Part shown: one piece after another, positions 27,365-40,402 of the stretch
Layout: each line of letters opens with the position of its first letter
Position numbering within the stretch: position 1 is the first letter of the stretch
Assembly: GCA_964016885.1 (NCBI GenBank)
Contig: OZ024740.1
Coordinates: 2,542,001 to 2,606,000 of the forward strand
Source: Eledone cirrhosa
Taxonomy: Eukaryota
Reading direction: 5' to 3'
Length of the DNA stretch: 64,000 nucleotides
Notes under the pieces: generated by a model
What the model was told of the DNA's origin: nothing
The model's database searches: none
The model's input: only the letters and a program-made list of their open reading frames with translations
Program-made: the position numbers and the translations under genes

Positions 27365-27505
27365 TATACGATATATTAACAAATGGAAACTATATTTATA
27401 AAACCATATTTATTTCATTATACACCAAGTCAAATTATGGTGCGCTTTCATGAGATAAAATATAATATAGATCAGTTTTATAAATAAATATTGACATACC
27501 CTTAA
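27365..27505 (-). mobile_element. Degraded Naiad pLTR remnant, hammerhead disrupted
   Basis: Homologous to 5580-5730 with a deletion through GAAA/stem II. Confidence 0.7.
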
Positions 27506-28439
27506 AGAATGCGACCAATATAATAAATTTGAAAACTAAAATCCAAAGAGGGCTCGATAGAGATAAATATATATATAATGAAGGAAATGTGGTAAGCAAC
27601 CAGATGGACCATAACGCACCAAAGTACTCAATACTTAGGGTAGTAGAGTGAGTAATAAGAACGAGTAGGACCCGACGGCTGAGCTCAAGCCGTTTCGACG
27701 GCTAATTCTGGACTAAATGAAAATTTTTATCCTGGTAAATGAATAGCCGAGTTTCTCACGGGGTAATTCCATATATGGTAAAATTGATTGTCACAAGATT
27801 GGTCAAAAGTTTGTTGTTGAGACACATAATTCTATCATGGCATTTTGTGGAAGGAAAGGGTGGCTGAACTTGGCAGTAGAAGAAAGAGGGAGAGGGAGTG
27901 GAGGAAACCCAGTCGTGCGTTGAAAGTGACAACTACAGCAGAATCCTAAGGATAAGAGGTCAAGAGGGGGAGGGGGAGGAAGTCGAAACAATAAGTAAAT
28001 CAATATGGAGTAAATCTATATAGAAAAAGAATGTTAAAAATATAAAAAAAAACACAATTTCTGGTTACTATTCCCCTACCACAATCATCAAGTCTCTCAC
28101 TGGTACTGCTAAACTATAGAAAAGTTTAATAAGTGGGGCGGGAGACTAAAAACGAGATTGTAGTGAAAGAATTTTTATGAGTTAGTAGTAATCGGCCAAA
28201 TCTATCTTACAATGACAGGTCAACAAGTAGGGGGCCAAAATACTAAAAAAAAAAAAATAAAAACTAATACGAAATAATAATTCAGTGTCCCGAAACTAAT
28301 ACGAAATACTAATTCAGAATCCCGAAAATGAATACTAATACGATATATAAGAGTACCGCTACAATACATAAATTCTAATGCAAACTACATAAATGTTCGT
28401 ACGATATATATGAAAAAATTAATACGAAAAATTAATTCG

Positions 28440-31400
28440 GTGAGGTCGTCCGCATAAGCCGACACAGCCTTTCCGCATCCCGGTTCGAACGGGATGCCCT
28501 GCAACAGCTCCAGCTTCCGCAGTAAAGGCTCGAGAGTCAATACGTACAGAAGGGAGGAGGAAGGGCACCCTTGACGGACCGATCGGGAGACCTGAAACGG
28601 TTCCGAGAGGTTGCCATTAATTTTGACCATCGAGCAGGTGCCGCTGTGCATTGCAGCGATCCAGCTTCTGAAGACGGGGCCGAAGCCAGCCGCCTTGAGG
28701 ACAGCCTCCAGGTACCGATGGTCGACCCTATCGAATGCTTTCGATTGATCTAAATTGATCAGAGCCCCACCGAAGCCAGGTTTACACCCTACCCTCTCTA
28801 TCGCATTAGGTGGAGGTTGTCGTGTATGGACCTGGTTGGGATTGCGCAAGTTTGCGCCTCCCCAACCAAATGCCCGACGACAAGCGCCAACCTCTTCGCT
28901 AACACCCTGGCCAAAATCTTAACCTCTGTGTTGAGCAGAGTTATGGGCCTGAAATTGTCTAATGTGTCCCTCTTGTTCTCGTCTTTCCTTATCAGCGTCA
29001 CTACGCCTCGGCTCACAGAACTTGGAATACTCCCGTTTTGCTGCCAGTTGCAGTAGAGGGCTTCGAGGAGATTGGAGAACAAGTCTGGCATATTTACGTA
29101 AAGCTCGTAGGGCAGACCATCCAAACCGGGTGACTAGCGCTTCATGCAGCCTACAAGGGCATCCTGAATCTCGGCTGAAGTAATTGGCCTTTCGCAGCGC
29201 CCAGCGTCAGCCGTCGAGAGTTGCGGCAAGCGATCGAGGTAGGGACTGAAGTCCGCCACCATCTCTGACCCGCCACTTCCCCCGAACAACCGAGCAAAAT
29301 GTTGGCGAAAGGCCTCACACATCCGCTTGGAATCGCTCAGCTCGTGCCCGTCTCGGTCCGTCAAAGACCGAATCGTGGTTTTATTACCACGCTGCGCCTC
29401 TGCCACGCGGGCCCATCGAACAGCTTTAGTTCCCTCGTTTCTCAGAGCACGCGCTTTAGCTCTGACAATGCAACCTTCGTGTTTCGCATTGAAGAAATGG
29501 TCTAATGCCATTCTCGCCGCTAGCACGTCAGTTGCAATGCCACTACCAATAGCCTCGTCTAACTTATCTACCAACTCGTCCTCCTTTCTATTTTTCTCTA
29601 ATGCTACTTCTTTGCTAAACTCTATCGACATTACTCTAATCTCTCTTTTGAGAGCCCCCCACCATCTAGTGTTGACGACTCCCCCTGTCAACTTTTTCTT
29701 AACTAAATTGTTGACCTGGTCCCTGTAAGCCTCACGTGCCGGAAATGACATGTTTAGCTTCCAGTAACCAGGTCCTAACCTACGCGTCTTATCTAGGTCG
29801 ACCATACAGATCACAAACTTGTGATCTGAATAGGCGACCGTTTCAAAACGGGGACAGCTTACACTATTTCTGCCTATTTTACTAATGAATATCCTGTCTA
29901 TATACGATCTAGATGACCCTATGCGGTTAGCCCAGGTCCACACTGGCGCATTAGGGAAGTCTAGTCGGTACCTGTCAGACAGTTGGAACTGGCTGATCAG
30001 GTTCTTGAGGCTTTTGCACCCCCCGCTCCTATCGGATACTCCCACACAGTCCCAGCGTGCGTCTAAGATGCCGGTCCAGTCTCCCGCTAACAGTAAAGGG
30101 CGAGACGTACCCAGAAAGGCTTCCAGGCGTCTAAAGAAGTCCGGTCGTCCTGCCCCAGTAGGAGTATAGACGGCCACCAGTCTAAAGGCACCACCTTCAT
30201 TATTGTTCACGTCCAGGACCACCAACTTCCCGTCCGGGTCCCGGAAGATCGACCTTACCTCGAGATCCAGACCTTTCCTAAACAGCACTGCCACTCCGCC
30301 TCCCATTCCCGGCCGGCTAACAGATGCAAAGATCTGATAGTCGTCGAAAATGGGGGCTAGTGCGCGCGTGTCGGAAATCCTGGTATCGCTGACTGCAATT
30401 ACATCCATTTCTATAGACCTGAGGTCGTTGAGCAGGTGACCCTGCTTCCAGGACGATCCCAGGCCTCGAACATTTAAACATCCTACTCTTAATACGGCCA
30501 TGTTGGCGGGTAAAACAGAGAGAGAGGAAGGTTTACTTACCTTCCGGGCTCTTGTGAAGGTCGGGTTGTTCGACCTCCATAGTTAGTGGGGTTTCTTTTG
30601 GGAACCCCTTTAAAAGTCTTGAAGTGGGTTTTATGTTCGGGGTTCCCACGTCCCGAGGAAAGCTGTCTCGTATTTCTTTGAATATGTCGAGCGACATTCG
30701 CACCAGAACCAAATCTTCCGGCACGCGAAATGTGCTCGATTTAAAAATGTCCCCCTCTTTTTGTATATTTTCACTTCATGCTACGAGGGCCATCAGTTCC
30801 TTGTTGGCCCTCCTGACGAGCACGAAGTTTTGTATGTTTTGTTGGTGTGATTTTATTTGTTTGCTTGGCTGTTGTGGTGATGGTTTTGGTGGTGTTGTTT
30901 CGGTTGTGTCTGTGTTTGTTGTGAGTGCGGTGTCTGTCGTTTCAGATGTTTGTGTGTATATTTGTTCTTGCGTCTGTTTCGGTTGTTTGCGTTTGGGGGA
31001 TTCTGGTGACGGTGATGGTGGTGTTGATGTTGGTGTTATTGGAGAGATGTTTGCGTGGGTGGTGTCTGCGTGTTTTTATTGTGGGTGCTTTTGTGCTTTG
31101 TTGAGGTTTTTTTTCTTTTTGTGTTTCCTTTTTTGTATTTTGGGGGATTTGGGATTTTCCTCATTTTCACTACTGGTAGATGAGGGGGTCTGTGTCTGTA
31201 AGTGTGTCTGTATGTATGTTTAAGGTTTTATTGGTGTGTGTATTTTGGGGGAGAGGGGGAATTTGACAGCTTTCCTCGTTTCCCCCCTGGGTGGTCAATG
31301 TTGGTGGTGGTCTTTCTATTGGTGTTGTTGTTGGTGGTTTTGCCGGTGCAGGTGTTGGTTGTGATCCTCGCCCCTGCGTCGGCAGCAGTGGAGCTTTTCG

Positions 31401-32717
31401 ACCCCTTGCCTCTTTCAGCAGTTGAGGGCAGAAGGCTCGCAAATGGGTTTTTTTCCCCACAAACAAAACACTGCGGCCTTTTGCCTTCGGTCATAATGTG
31501 AATGTCCGTCCCATTCTGAAGGCGGGTGTGGTCTGGGATTGTCTTCACATTCTCGGGCCTGATCTGGAGAAGGATCTCCAGGTCAACCCCGGACCAGTCC
31601 TCTCTGGCCGTTCTGGTCACTTCTATAGGGACTGTATCCTTCCCCTCCACAATCACACATCCCAGAAGCCACCACATGTCAAGTCCTGGTGGGATTCTGG
31701 GAATGCGGAGACGGGCCGCTCTTTTTCCCATGTGGGAGGCGTACATTATGACCTTGCTGGTTTTGCAAGGAGTCATAGCGTGTTTCATAGCGAGGGCTTC
31801 TGACTTGAACAACACCGAAATGGTGCCGTACTCTCTGCCCCTCTCTATGTACTGCGTGTCTTCTCTGATGCACCTCAGCGCGACTTCGACATCTTCTTGT
31901 GGGATTAACGCTGCCCTTTTGGTTTGTGCTGAGATGCATCTATAATGCACCGTTTTGTGCTCCACTGCCTCAATAGCTTCTACCGGGACAGTTAAGTTGG
32001 CCCAGGTTTACTCTTGCTTGATGAGCTTCCATGCCTGGGCCAACTTTTCATCTTTGTTTGAGAGGTCCATGTTGAAGCATGGCCTCTTTTTTGCTGCTGC
32101 CGCAGCGAAAGTGTTCTTGTTTTCGTTGGGGGTGTTGTTGACGTTGTTCTTGTTGGTGTTGTTGTTAGCACTGTCGCTGTTATCATTATTGTCTTTGTTG
32201 CCACCGTTGTTCTCGGTGCAGTTTGTATTGTTGCTGTTGGTGTTGTCGCTATTTGTTTTCATGTTAGTGGTGTTGATATTGTTGTTGCATTTGTTTTGTT
32301 TTTTTTTGTTATCTGTATTTTCGTTGTCGCTGTTACTGTCATTTTTTTCAAAATTAGAGTTCTTATTGGTATCATTGGTGTCTTTGTTTACCTTGTTTGT
32401 GGTGGTGTTTGTGTTATCAATGTGTGTTAATTTCGCTGTAGCGCTCCTCTCAACTTTCGCGTCGTTGTCGCACGACAGCCGACATATCGCTGGGGGGCGT
32501 GGCTCAGCCATGTTTTTTTTTCTTCGTAAATTTTTTAACATGTAAAAAAAAGTTCAAATATTTGGGCCAAAAGGCCCAAATATTATACTTTCCCCTTCAC
32601 GGGGCAAAGATAAGGGCTTATATCCCTTATACAACAAGAAATATTTAACAACAAATAATTTAAACAGGCAAATAAAGCGACTTACTGTGAGCGAGCAAAT
32701 TACGTCCGCTTAGACCA

Positions 32718-32718
<1 letters not shown>
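28440..32718 (-). mobile_element. Tx1/L1-clade LINE: 5' UTR, ORF1 (Asn-rich, zinc knuckle) and ORF2 APE-RT, truncated after YADD
   Basis: ORF1 pieces 32008-32541 and 31228-31965 (CFVCG knuckle). ORF2 29134-30501 (LNVRGL, YIDRIF, SDH, GPGYWKLN), 28798-29124 (NFRPITLLN) and 28385-28849 (DQSKAFDRV, VRQGCP, AYADD). 5' end abuts (TAA)n. Confidence 0.92.
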
Positions 32719-32779
<61 letters not shown>

Positions 32780-33012
32780 TATAAGTGATCCCGATTGTCA
32801 TAGGCGCACTAGGGACTATCTCCAAAGGTTTCCAGGGATGGTTAAAGAAAATCGGCCCCTTCACGCTTTTTGGAACGCTTCAAAAGGCATGCTTGCTTGG
32901 AACAGCAAGAACCCTCCGATACGTCCTGAATATCTGAGGCTGCAGGTAGTGGCTTGATATTCAATCCAACGGACTTTCCAGTTAACCAACATCAATGACT
33001 GAGATTCAAGGA
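32780..33012 (+). mobile_element. R4/Dong-clade 3' fragment inside (TAA)n
   Basis: KVIPIVIGALGTI..LQKACLLGTARTLRYVLNI* (restriction-like endonuclease tail); (TAA)n on both sides. Confidence 0.85.
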
Positions 33013-33023
33013 ATAACAATAAC

Positions 33024-33072
<49 letters not shown>

Positions 33073-33969
33073 TATTTAAATCAATTGTGAAATAACAATT
33101 CTTAGTACAAATGTTGCATAAACCACCGAATGAGGTCCCATAAAGTTTCGGATCCATATTATATTGTTGTATCGCTCAAATATTCAATTTTGTATTATAT
33201 ATTATGTATTAAAAAAAAGAAAATGGTTATAAATGGAAGAAAACACCCTCTGTCTACACTATATAGAACAGCCAAATAACAGCAATTTCACCAACACACT
33301 AAATATAACAGGCAGATAACGGCAATGTCACCACCACCGCCATCAATCCCAGCATCATAATAATAATTACTATTATTATTGTCTCAAATTTTAACAAAAT
33401 GTTTAATTCAAATTTTACGGGAATATGTCAACACAATATATAATAAAAATATATATTAAACATACGAACACAAACTCATAGATACTACATATCAGTAACC
33501 ACAACGCCACCGCTGCCACCACCCCACCCCATCCATCACTGCTACCACTATCCCATCGCCGCCGCCACCACTCCTTCATTGCTACCACCACTATTCCCCT
33601 GTTAACTTGAGAGAGAAAGGGAAGGTGGCGGTATCACTAGACAAGGGAGAGGCTAGCAAAAGATATAAATAGATTGACTTAGTGACCTGGCCACCGGCCA
33701 AACGTCAACATCAACAACTATGGGACTGCTGGCTCACCCCTTCCTCACCAACAATATAAAAAGCCCCGGCACCACCACCGACATAGCCAACAACAATAAC
33801 AGCCAACTACAACAAAAAGTATATTATATTATTGTAATGCACTGGGTGATTGCTGGCCCTGTGCCTGGAGTGGAGACAGTTATTAATAATTTCATTCTTA
33901 AGCCACGCAATGCTCACATTAAGGAACCACTTATGATAATAACAATTTAAAAAAAACAACAAAAAGAAA

Positions 33970-36410
33970 ACCCCGTGACCAAGAAATACCGGGATGGCGG
34001 CCGGCGGGGAATAGCCGTGTCTCTAGGGGAGAACGACCCCTCTAGTCTTGGTTGACACTCGTTCTAGAAGTGGTAACACGAAATGATTACCCCTTGGCGG
34101 ATAAGGATAAAACGCGACAAAATAAAGTAAATGTCTAATGATAAAATCTCATTCCGGATCGGTCGTCACCCGGGTCAAAAAGGGCCGCGTCCCTCAGAGA
34201 GGAACCAGACTGGGGTCGAAAAATCAGCTAATGGTTCAAACCTTCCCATCACTTCGGAGCTGGAGACCTCCCATAACCGGAATACTCCTACTGTTGGCCC
34301 TCCATGCTCACCACCAAGAAATCCAAAGAAAAAGAGAGAAAAATGGTCAAGGGAAGATAATAAAGAAGTCCTTGAGGCTTTCTACACTGCCATGTACTAC
34401 CCATCAAATACATCGAATACAGAACAGACATATATCAACTGGAAAAAGAAACATCCCGAAAACAGAGGCTATATTGACAGTAACAAACTAGCCAATATAC
34501 GAAGAAATATTGTAAGAAAAAAGTTACTAACTGATATAGAAATTGATCAGATCAAGCTATTAGCACAAAGTCAGCGAAGGGAAAATGAAACATGTGTCAG
34601 TGAAAACGAGGTAAACTGTAACACTTCGAATCCCAGGGTTGGGGCGGAATCACTGGCAACAGAACAAATTAAAGAAAGGATCGAAAAAGTGAGGGAGTGC
34701 ATGCTCAGGATGAAACTCCAAATGAAAATAATGAGATCGTAAATGATAAAGAAATGAATGAGAATGAACTTGCCAACTTGAAGGATGAAATTATGATCGA
34801 ATGGATGAAAATGAAAGAATCTGACATGGGGCAACGAGACACCCTCCCTAAGATCCAGAACTCCAAACAGAACCAAAAGATAATTCTCAAAAACATTATC
34901 ATCACAAACAAACTAAACATTACTGATTTAAATCATCTCTATTATGCATCGGCTAAAGTCACCACTCACTTATGTGGAGTGAAGACGAAAAAACAAAGGA
35001 ATTCCCACAAGAAATCTACTTGGCAAGAGAACATCAATCGCCAAATAAACCTTCTCCGATCTGACATAGAAATTTTAACAAACTATAAAGTAGGTGAACA
35101 TGTTAAACAAACTTAACTTAGAAAATTGAAAAAAAAGTACAGTATAAAATCAACATGTGACATAGACATGCTGATAGAAATAATCAAGCAAAAAGTGTCG
35201 GCCAAAGCTGCTCGTATAAGGCGCTTTGAAAAACGATCTAGATTCTATAAGGACAATAATATGTTCAAAAACAACCAAAGAAACTTCTACAGAAAAATTG
35301 GTAAGTCAACAATAATTGCTAAATCAATACCACCCAAGGAGGAAGTGCAAGAATTCTGGGAAAAGTTCTGGGCCGAAGAAAAAGTTCATAACATACATGC
35401 CCCATGGATAGACAGACAAATGATGTATAAAATTTTAACATCAGTCCTAACTGAATACACATATGACCACCTGATAACAAATGACCTATTTCCCATTGAG
35501 CAGAAAGGGTGTAAACGAGGCTCATATGGCTGTAAGGATAAGCTTCTGGTTAACAAAATGATACTGGAAGATTGTCATAATAGACACAAAAATCTATCAA
35601 TTGCTTGGATAGATTATAAAAAAGCATTCGATAGTTTGCCACACAGTTGGATTGAAAAATGTTTAGAGATTTTCAAAATATCCCCCGTTGTCAGGAGGTT
35701 TTTGTCATTCAGTATGAAGACATGGAAAACGACACTCCTTTTGAATAGTGAAACAAAATCACTGGAAGCTGGAGAAGTTAATATTAATTGTGGAATTTTT
35801 CAGGGTGACTCTTTATCAGCGCTTTTATTCTGCATCGCACTTATACCATTAAGTAAAATGCTCAATGAAACAAAACATGGATATAAAGTCTATGACAAAA
35901 CCATTAATCACTTGTTCTACATGGATGACCTGAAACTATTTGCAAAAAATGATGAACAATTGCAAGGGCTATTATCCACTGTGAGGCAGTTCAGTGATGA
36001 CATTAAAATGGAGTTTGGACTAGATAAATGCGCCAAAGCAACGTTCACCAGAGGAAAGCTGCTGAAAAGTTCAGACATTAATCTTGATCGGGGGAACGTG
36101 ATAAGAGAACTTGATCAAGAAAAAACTTACAAATATCTAGGTGTTTGTGAAGGAGACGGAATCAAGCACTCGACAATGAGGGAAAGGATAAGGAAGGAAT
36201 GTTACCGCAGAGTAAGAGCAATCTTAAGAACGGAATTGAATGCAAGGAATAGGATCGATGCCATAAACACGCTTGCCATACCAGTAGTAACCTACAGTTA
36301 CAATGTCATCAACTGGTCAAGCACAGAGATCCGTAGGCTCGATACAAAAATTCGAAAATTCTTAACCATGCACAGAATGCATCACCCTAAGGCAGATATA
36401 GATAGAATAT
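33970..36410 (+). mobile_element. R4/Dong-clade LINE, internally deleted and 3'-truncated
   Basis: REKWSREDN..AFY N-terminus; RT EQKGC, WIDYKKAFDS, GIFQGDSLS, HLFYMDDLKL, YKYLG, HPKADIDR. Deletion near 35420. Confidence 0.88.
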
Positions 36411-36419
36411 CTAGGTGTT

Positions 36420-37418
36420 GCAGATGGTTCTATAGAAATAGTGGACAGTTTCCGTTACCTGGGTGACAAAAGCAGCAGTGGTGGAGGGTGCTCTGAAAGT
36501 ACAGTAGCCAAAGTCAAAACGGGATGGAAAAAGTTCAGAGAGCTTATACCGCTGTTGGCCACAAAATGTTTCTCTCTAAAAATGAAAGGCAGATTGTATG
36601 ATGCCTGTATACGAACAGCAATGCTACATGGCAGTGAGACATGGGCATTGTGTGCAGAGGACTTGCGCAGACTGGAAAGGAACGAAGCTTGCATGCTCCG
36701 ACGGCAAAGCATAAATGAACTAAGTGAGAAATTAGGAATAAGAGGGATCAGATGCTGTTTACTTGACAGAAGACAACGTTGGTATGGTAACGTGATGCGC
36801 ATGAAGGACGACAGCTTTATAAAAATAGTGCAGGGCGATCAAAATAGACGGTAGCTACGGAGTAGGCAGACCCAGAAAAACCTAGGATGACTTGATAAAT
36901 TCCGACCTTACACACTTGCACCTCTCTAAGACAATGCCAGTGGACTGAGATCTTTGGCGCTACACAGTAATACAGAAGACCCGTCTTGCCTAAGTACAAA
37001 GCGAAACCTACAGTCAGTAGGCACCTCTTAACCAAATATGCACCCCGATCCACTACCCCTACCCTATCCTCCCACTCCCACCAACACCACCCTCTCTATG
37101 TAAAGTTGGTACCACAAGATCCAGTCCAAATAAATGAGATAATGAGATCGAGATTGTGTAGGTGTCACGACAAAAAAAACACACACAGTCCACGCAGTCA
37201 TGTAGCTATGTAGGTAACACGGTAAAAAGTTCCCAGTTCCACACTGTAAATGTGGTTGGTGTTAGGAAGGGAATCCAGCGGTAGAAAACCTGCCAGATAG
37301 TCCTATACGAGCGAGACACGGTCACCCGACCAACCTTGCCTCAAGTGGGACAACTCACGTCTAACCCATGCTAGTGTGGAAGATGGACGTTAAACGAAGA
37401 TGATGATGATGATGATGA
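36420..37418 (+). mobile_element. 5'-truncated RTE (same family as 20217-23515) with (GAT)n tail
   Basis: 36421-36641 is near-identical to the reverse complement of 20220-20440; 3' UTR ends gacgttaaacgaa(gat)n. Confidence 0.88.
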
Positions 37419-37469
37419 CATACATATATATATATATATATATACATACATATCTATATAGATACATAT

Positions 37470-37881
37470 ATGGTGGCTGCCAACTCGTTTTCGAGTACAG
37501 CCACTACTTTATATCCATGTAGGAGAACCCCTACCGATGCGCTGAACGAGTGTGACTTTTTAGTCCAGCCAGCGACTTGAAAACTCTGGTACAAACACTA
37601 CACTTCTGACAATTATTGACACATAGTGCTGGGCCCATGGTACCATGTAACGACAAGTGCGGAGAGATCTCCAGATATAAAGCAATGCCTGTGCCGTGAC
37701 ACTTTTATAGTGAGCAAAGGCACTGCACAAAGCCAGTCCCACTCTCTTAACCAAGATGATATTTACCAAAAAGAAGTGCAAGTCAACATCATTGGATACC
37801 ATAAGAGTTGTAGGTGTTATATCAGAGTTTTCCTGCTCCTAGAATTCTACCTTGACAAAGGCTAAGGGGTCATCTCTCCCG

Positions 37882-37886
<5 letters not shown>
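37470..37886 (-). mobile_element. Non-autonomous RTE-like element, 3' part (its 5' end lies at 38435-38480)
   Basis: Reverse-complement match to 52448-52863. Confidence 0.75.
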
Positions 37887-37949
<63 letters not shown>

Positions 37950-37954
<5 letters not shown>

Positions 37955-38434
37955 GCAAAAGTTTTATTTAAAATTGTTGGGTTACAACGAGTAAATATTT
38001 TATAACTGATATAAAGCACTCAAGAAGTTTTGGAGTAGATATACGATATTAAACAAATGGAAACTATATTTATAAAACCATATTTATTTCATTATACATA
38101 TTTCAGGGATACCATATTAAAAATATGGCATGCCTTCTTCAGATAAAATACAATATATAAGCAGTTTTATAAATAAATTTGACGTACCATAAATATTGAT
38201 CAACTTCCATTTGAGAAGTTGGTTTGGTAGTGAAATATTTATAAATATTTAGTGTTAAGCACAGTTAGAAAGAAAGACGGAGAAAAGGAAGAAAAGTGCT
38301 TAACACTAAATATTTATAAACATTTCACTACCAAACCAACTTCTCAAATGGAAGTTGATCAATATTTATGGTACGTCAAATTTATTTATAAAACTGCTTA
38401 TATATTGTATTTTATCTGAAGAAGGCATGCCATA
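37950..38434 (-). mobile_element. Naiad-family pLTR fold-back with hammerhead at 38085-38150 (minus)
   Basis: tattttat-CTGAAGA-aggcatgcc..ggtatccct-GAAA-tatgta-TA-atgaaata. 38296-38434 is an inverted copy of 38121-38261. Confidence 0.8.
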
Positions 38435-38532
38435 TTGTACTGGGATACATGTTACCAGTAGCACCAACTGGTGACCTGACATAATATTATATATATTATA
38501 TACATATTATATACATATATACATACACATAA

Positions 38533-38617
<85 letters not shown>

Positions 38618-38877
38618 CACATATATACATACATATATACATATACCACACACATATATATATATATATATATACATACACATACACATATACATACATA
38701 TATATATACACACACATATATATATACACATACATATATACATACACATACATATATATACATACATATATACACACACACATATATATATACATACACA
38801 CATACATACACATGTACATATATATATATATACATACATACATACATACATACATACACACATGAATTGAGAGAGAG

Positions 38878-39300
38878 AGACTGAGCATAAGAGGAATCAA
38901 ACGCTGTGTGCAGAGCACTAGAAATCAATGGAAACTGCGGAGTGGGGAGACCTTAGAAATCCTGGGATGAGGTGATAAAAGCCAACCTTACTCAATTACA
39001 CCTCTCAAAGGCGATGACACACAACCATGACCTCCGGCGTCACGCAGCAACACAGAGTACCCGACCTCCCATTGGTACAAGCCGAAGCTGAAGCATATAG
39101 ACAATATGACCCCACACCCTCCCACTGCAAGGTGGTCGTGTAGGCGCCACGGAAAAAAGCAGCCAGCACCCACTGCAAACGAGGTTGGCGCCAGGAAGGG
39201 CATCCAGCCGCAGGAATCAAGCCAAAATCAGTTCCCCTACGAGCAAGACAAGGTCAGCCGACCAGACACTGCCCACAACAGGACCACCCATGCAATCCAT
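38878..39300 (+). mobile_element. Degraded RTE 3' fragment
   Basis: [13 protein letters not shown]; 3' UTR motif ggttggcgccaggaagggcatccagcc resembles 37254-37280. Confidence 0.6.
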
Positions 39301-39409
39301 GCCATATATATACATACACACATACATATATACTTGACAACTTTGATAGGTTTCGGCCAGTATTAGCCCAGGCCATGTCTAACTTCATAGCACCACCCGA
39401 CGAAGTCTT

Positions 39410-40300
39410 ACAAATCAGTGTTTGGGCACCATGGCCCACTCGAGCAGAGAGTTATTGTTTACGGAGGCATATCCGGGTGTAGGAGACTTATCCGGGATTT
39501 CTTGAAGGAATTTGTCCAAACACTTCTTGAACTTGATGGGTCTGTTTCTGCTTTGATGTGTTTTGGTGTAATGTTAAAGAGAGCAGGGCCAATTGAGGTG
39601 AAATAATTGTGTTGTTGTTATGTGATGCGAGTGGGATTTTTGTCCTGGGCGGATAGCACGGGGTCCAAGCCTTGGGTGTTCACTAAAGGTGATGCCAACA
39701 TCATTTGGGCTAAGCTGATGGAATATTTTCCACATCATTCAGATAATGTAGCGCTCATGGCGACGTTGGAGGGAATAAAGTTTGAGCTTTTCTAATCGAC
39801 TCCAATAGTCAAGGCCTGTCATGCCAGCTATCTTTTTTGTAATTGATCTTTGGGGTGCTTCAACTTTCATGATGCATTGTTTCGTGTGGGGAGACCACAG
39901 TGGACAACAGTATTCAAGCAAAAGTCGGGCAAAAGTGGAGAAGAGAAGGATAACAGTGTGGATATCTCTCGACTGGAAAGTTCTAAGAATCCAGGAACAC
40001 ATTCTGCGGGCCATATCAACTTGGCTGTTTATATGAGTGGCCCAGCTTATGTTGTTGTCCACAATTACTCCCAGGTCTCTGATGTTATTGGATGCCACTA
40101 GAGTTTCACCCGAAGGAAGAGAGTATGGTAGTTTCAGGGCACCCTTTTTCCCAAAGTGGATTAATTCAAACTTATCCTCATTCAACAGCATATTATTCAT
40201 CTCTGCCCATTGGATAACAGTCAGTAGGTCTGGCTAAAGGCAATCCAGTCACCCACCTCATTGATGACTCCTTGGAGCTTGGAATCATCTGCAAAGATTC
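39410..40300 (-). mobile_element. CR1/L2-clade LINE 3' RT fragment
   Basis: FADDSKL, RDLGVIVD, LEYCCPLWSP, LKLYSLQRR. Confidence 0.85.
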
Positions 40301-40322
40301 TTATATAGACACACATATATAT

Positions 40323-40381
<59 letters not shown>

Positions 40382-40402
40382 CATATATATATACATATAT
40401 AT

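Noticed and set aside
39333-39400. GGCC..GGCC-GAAAC motif (also 12497-12565) as a hammerhead
   Set aside because: No convincing CUGANGA box or stem I; probably a degraded PLE end.
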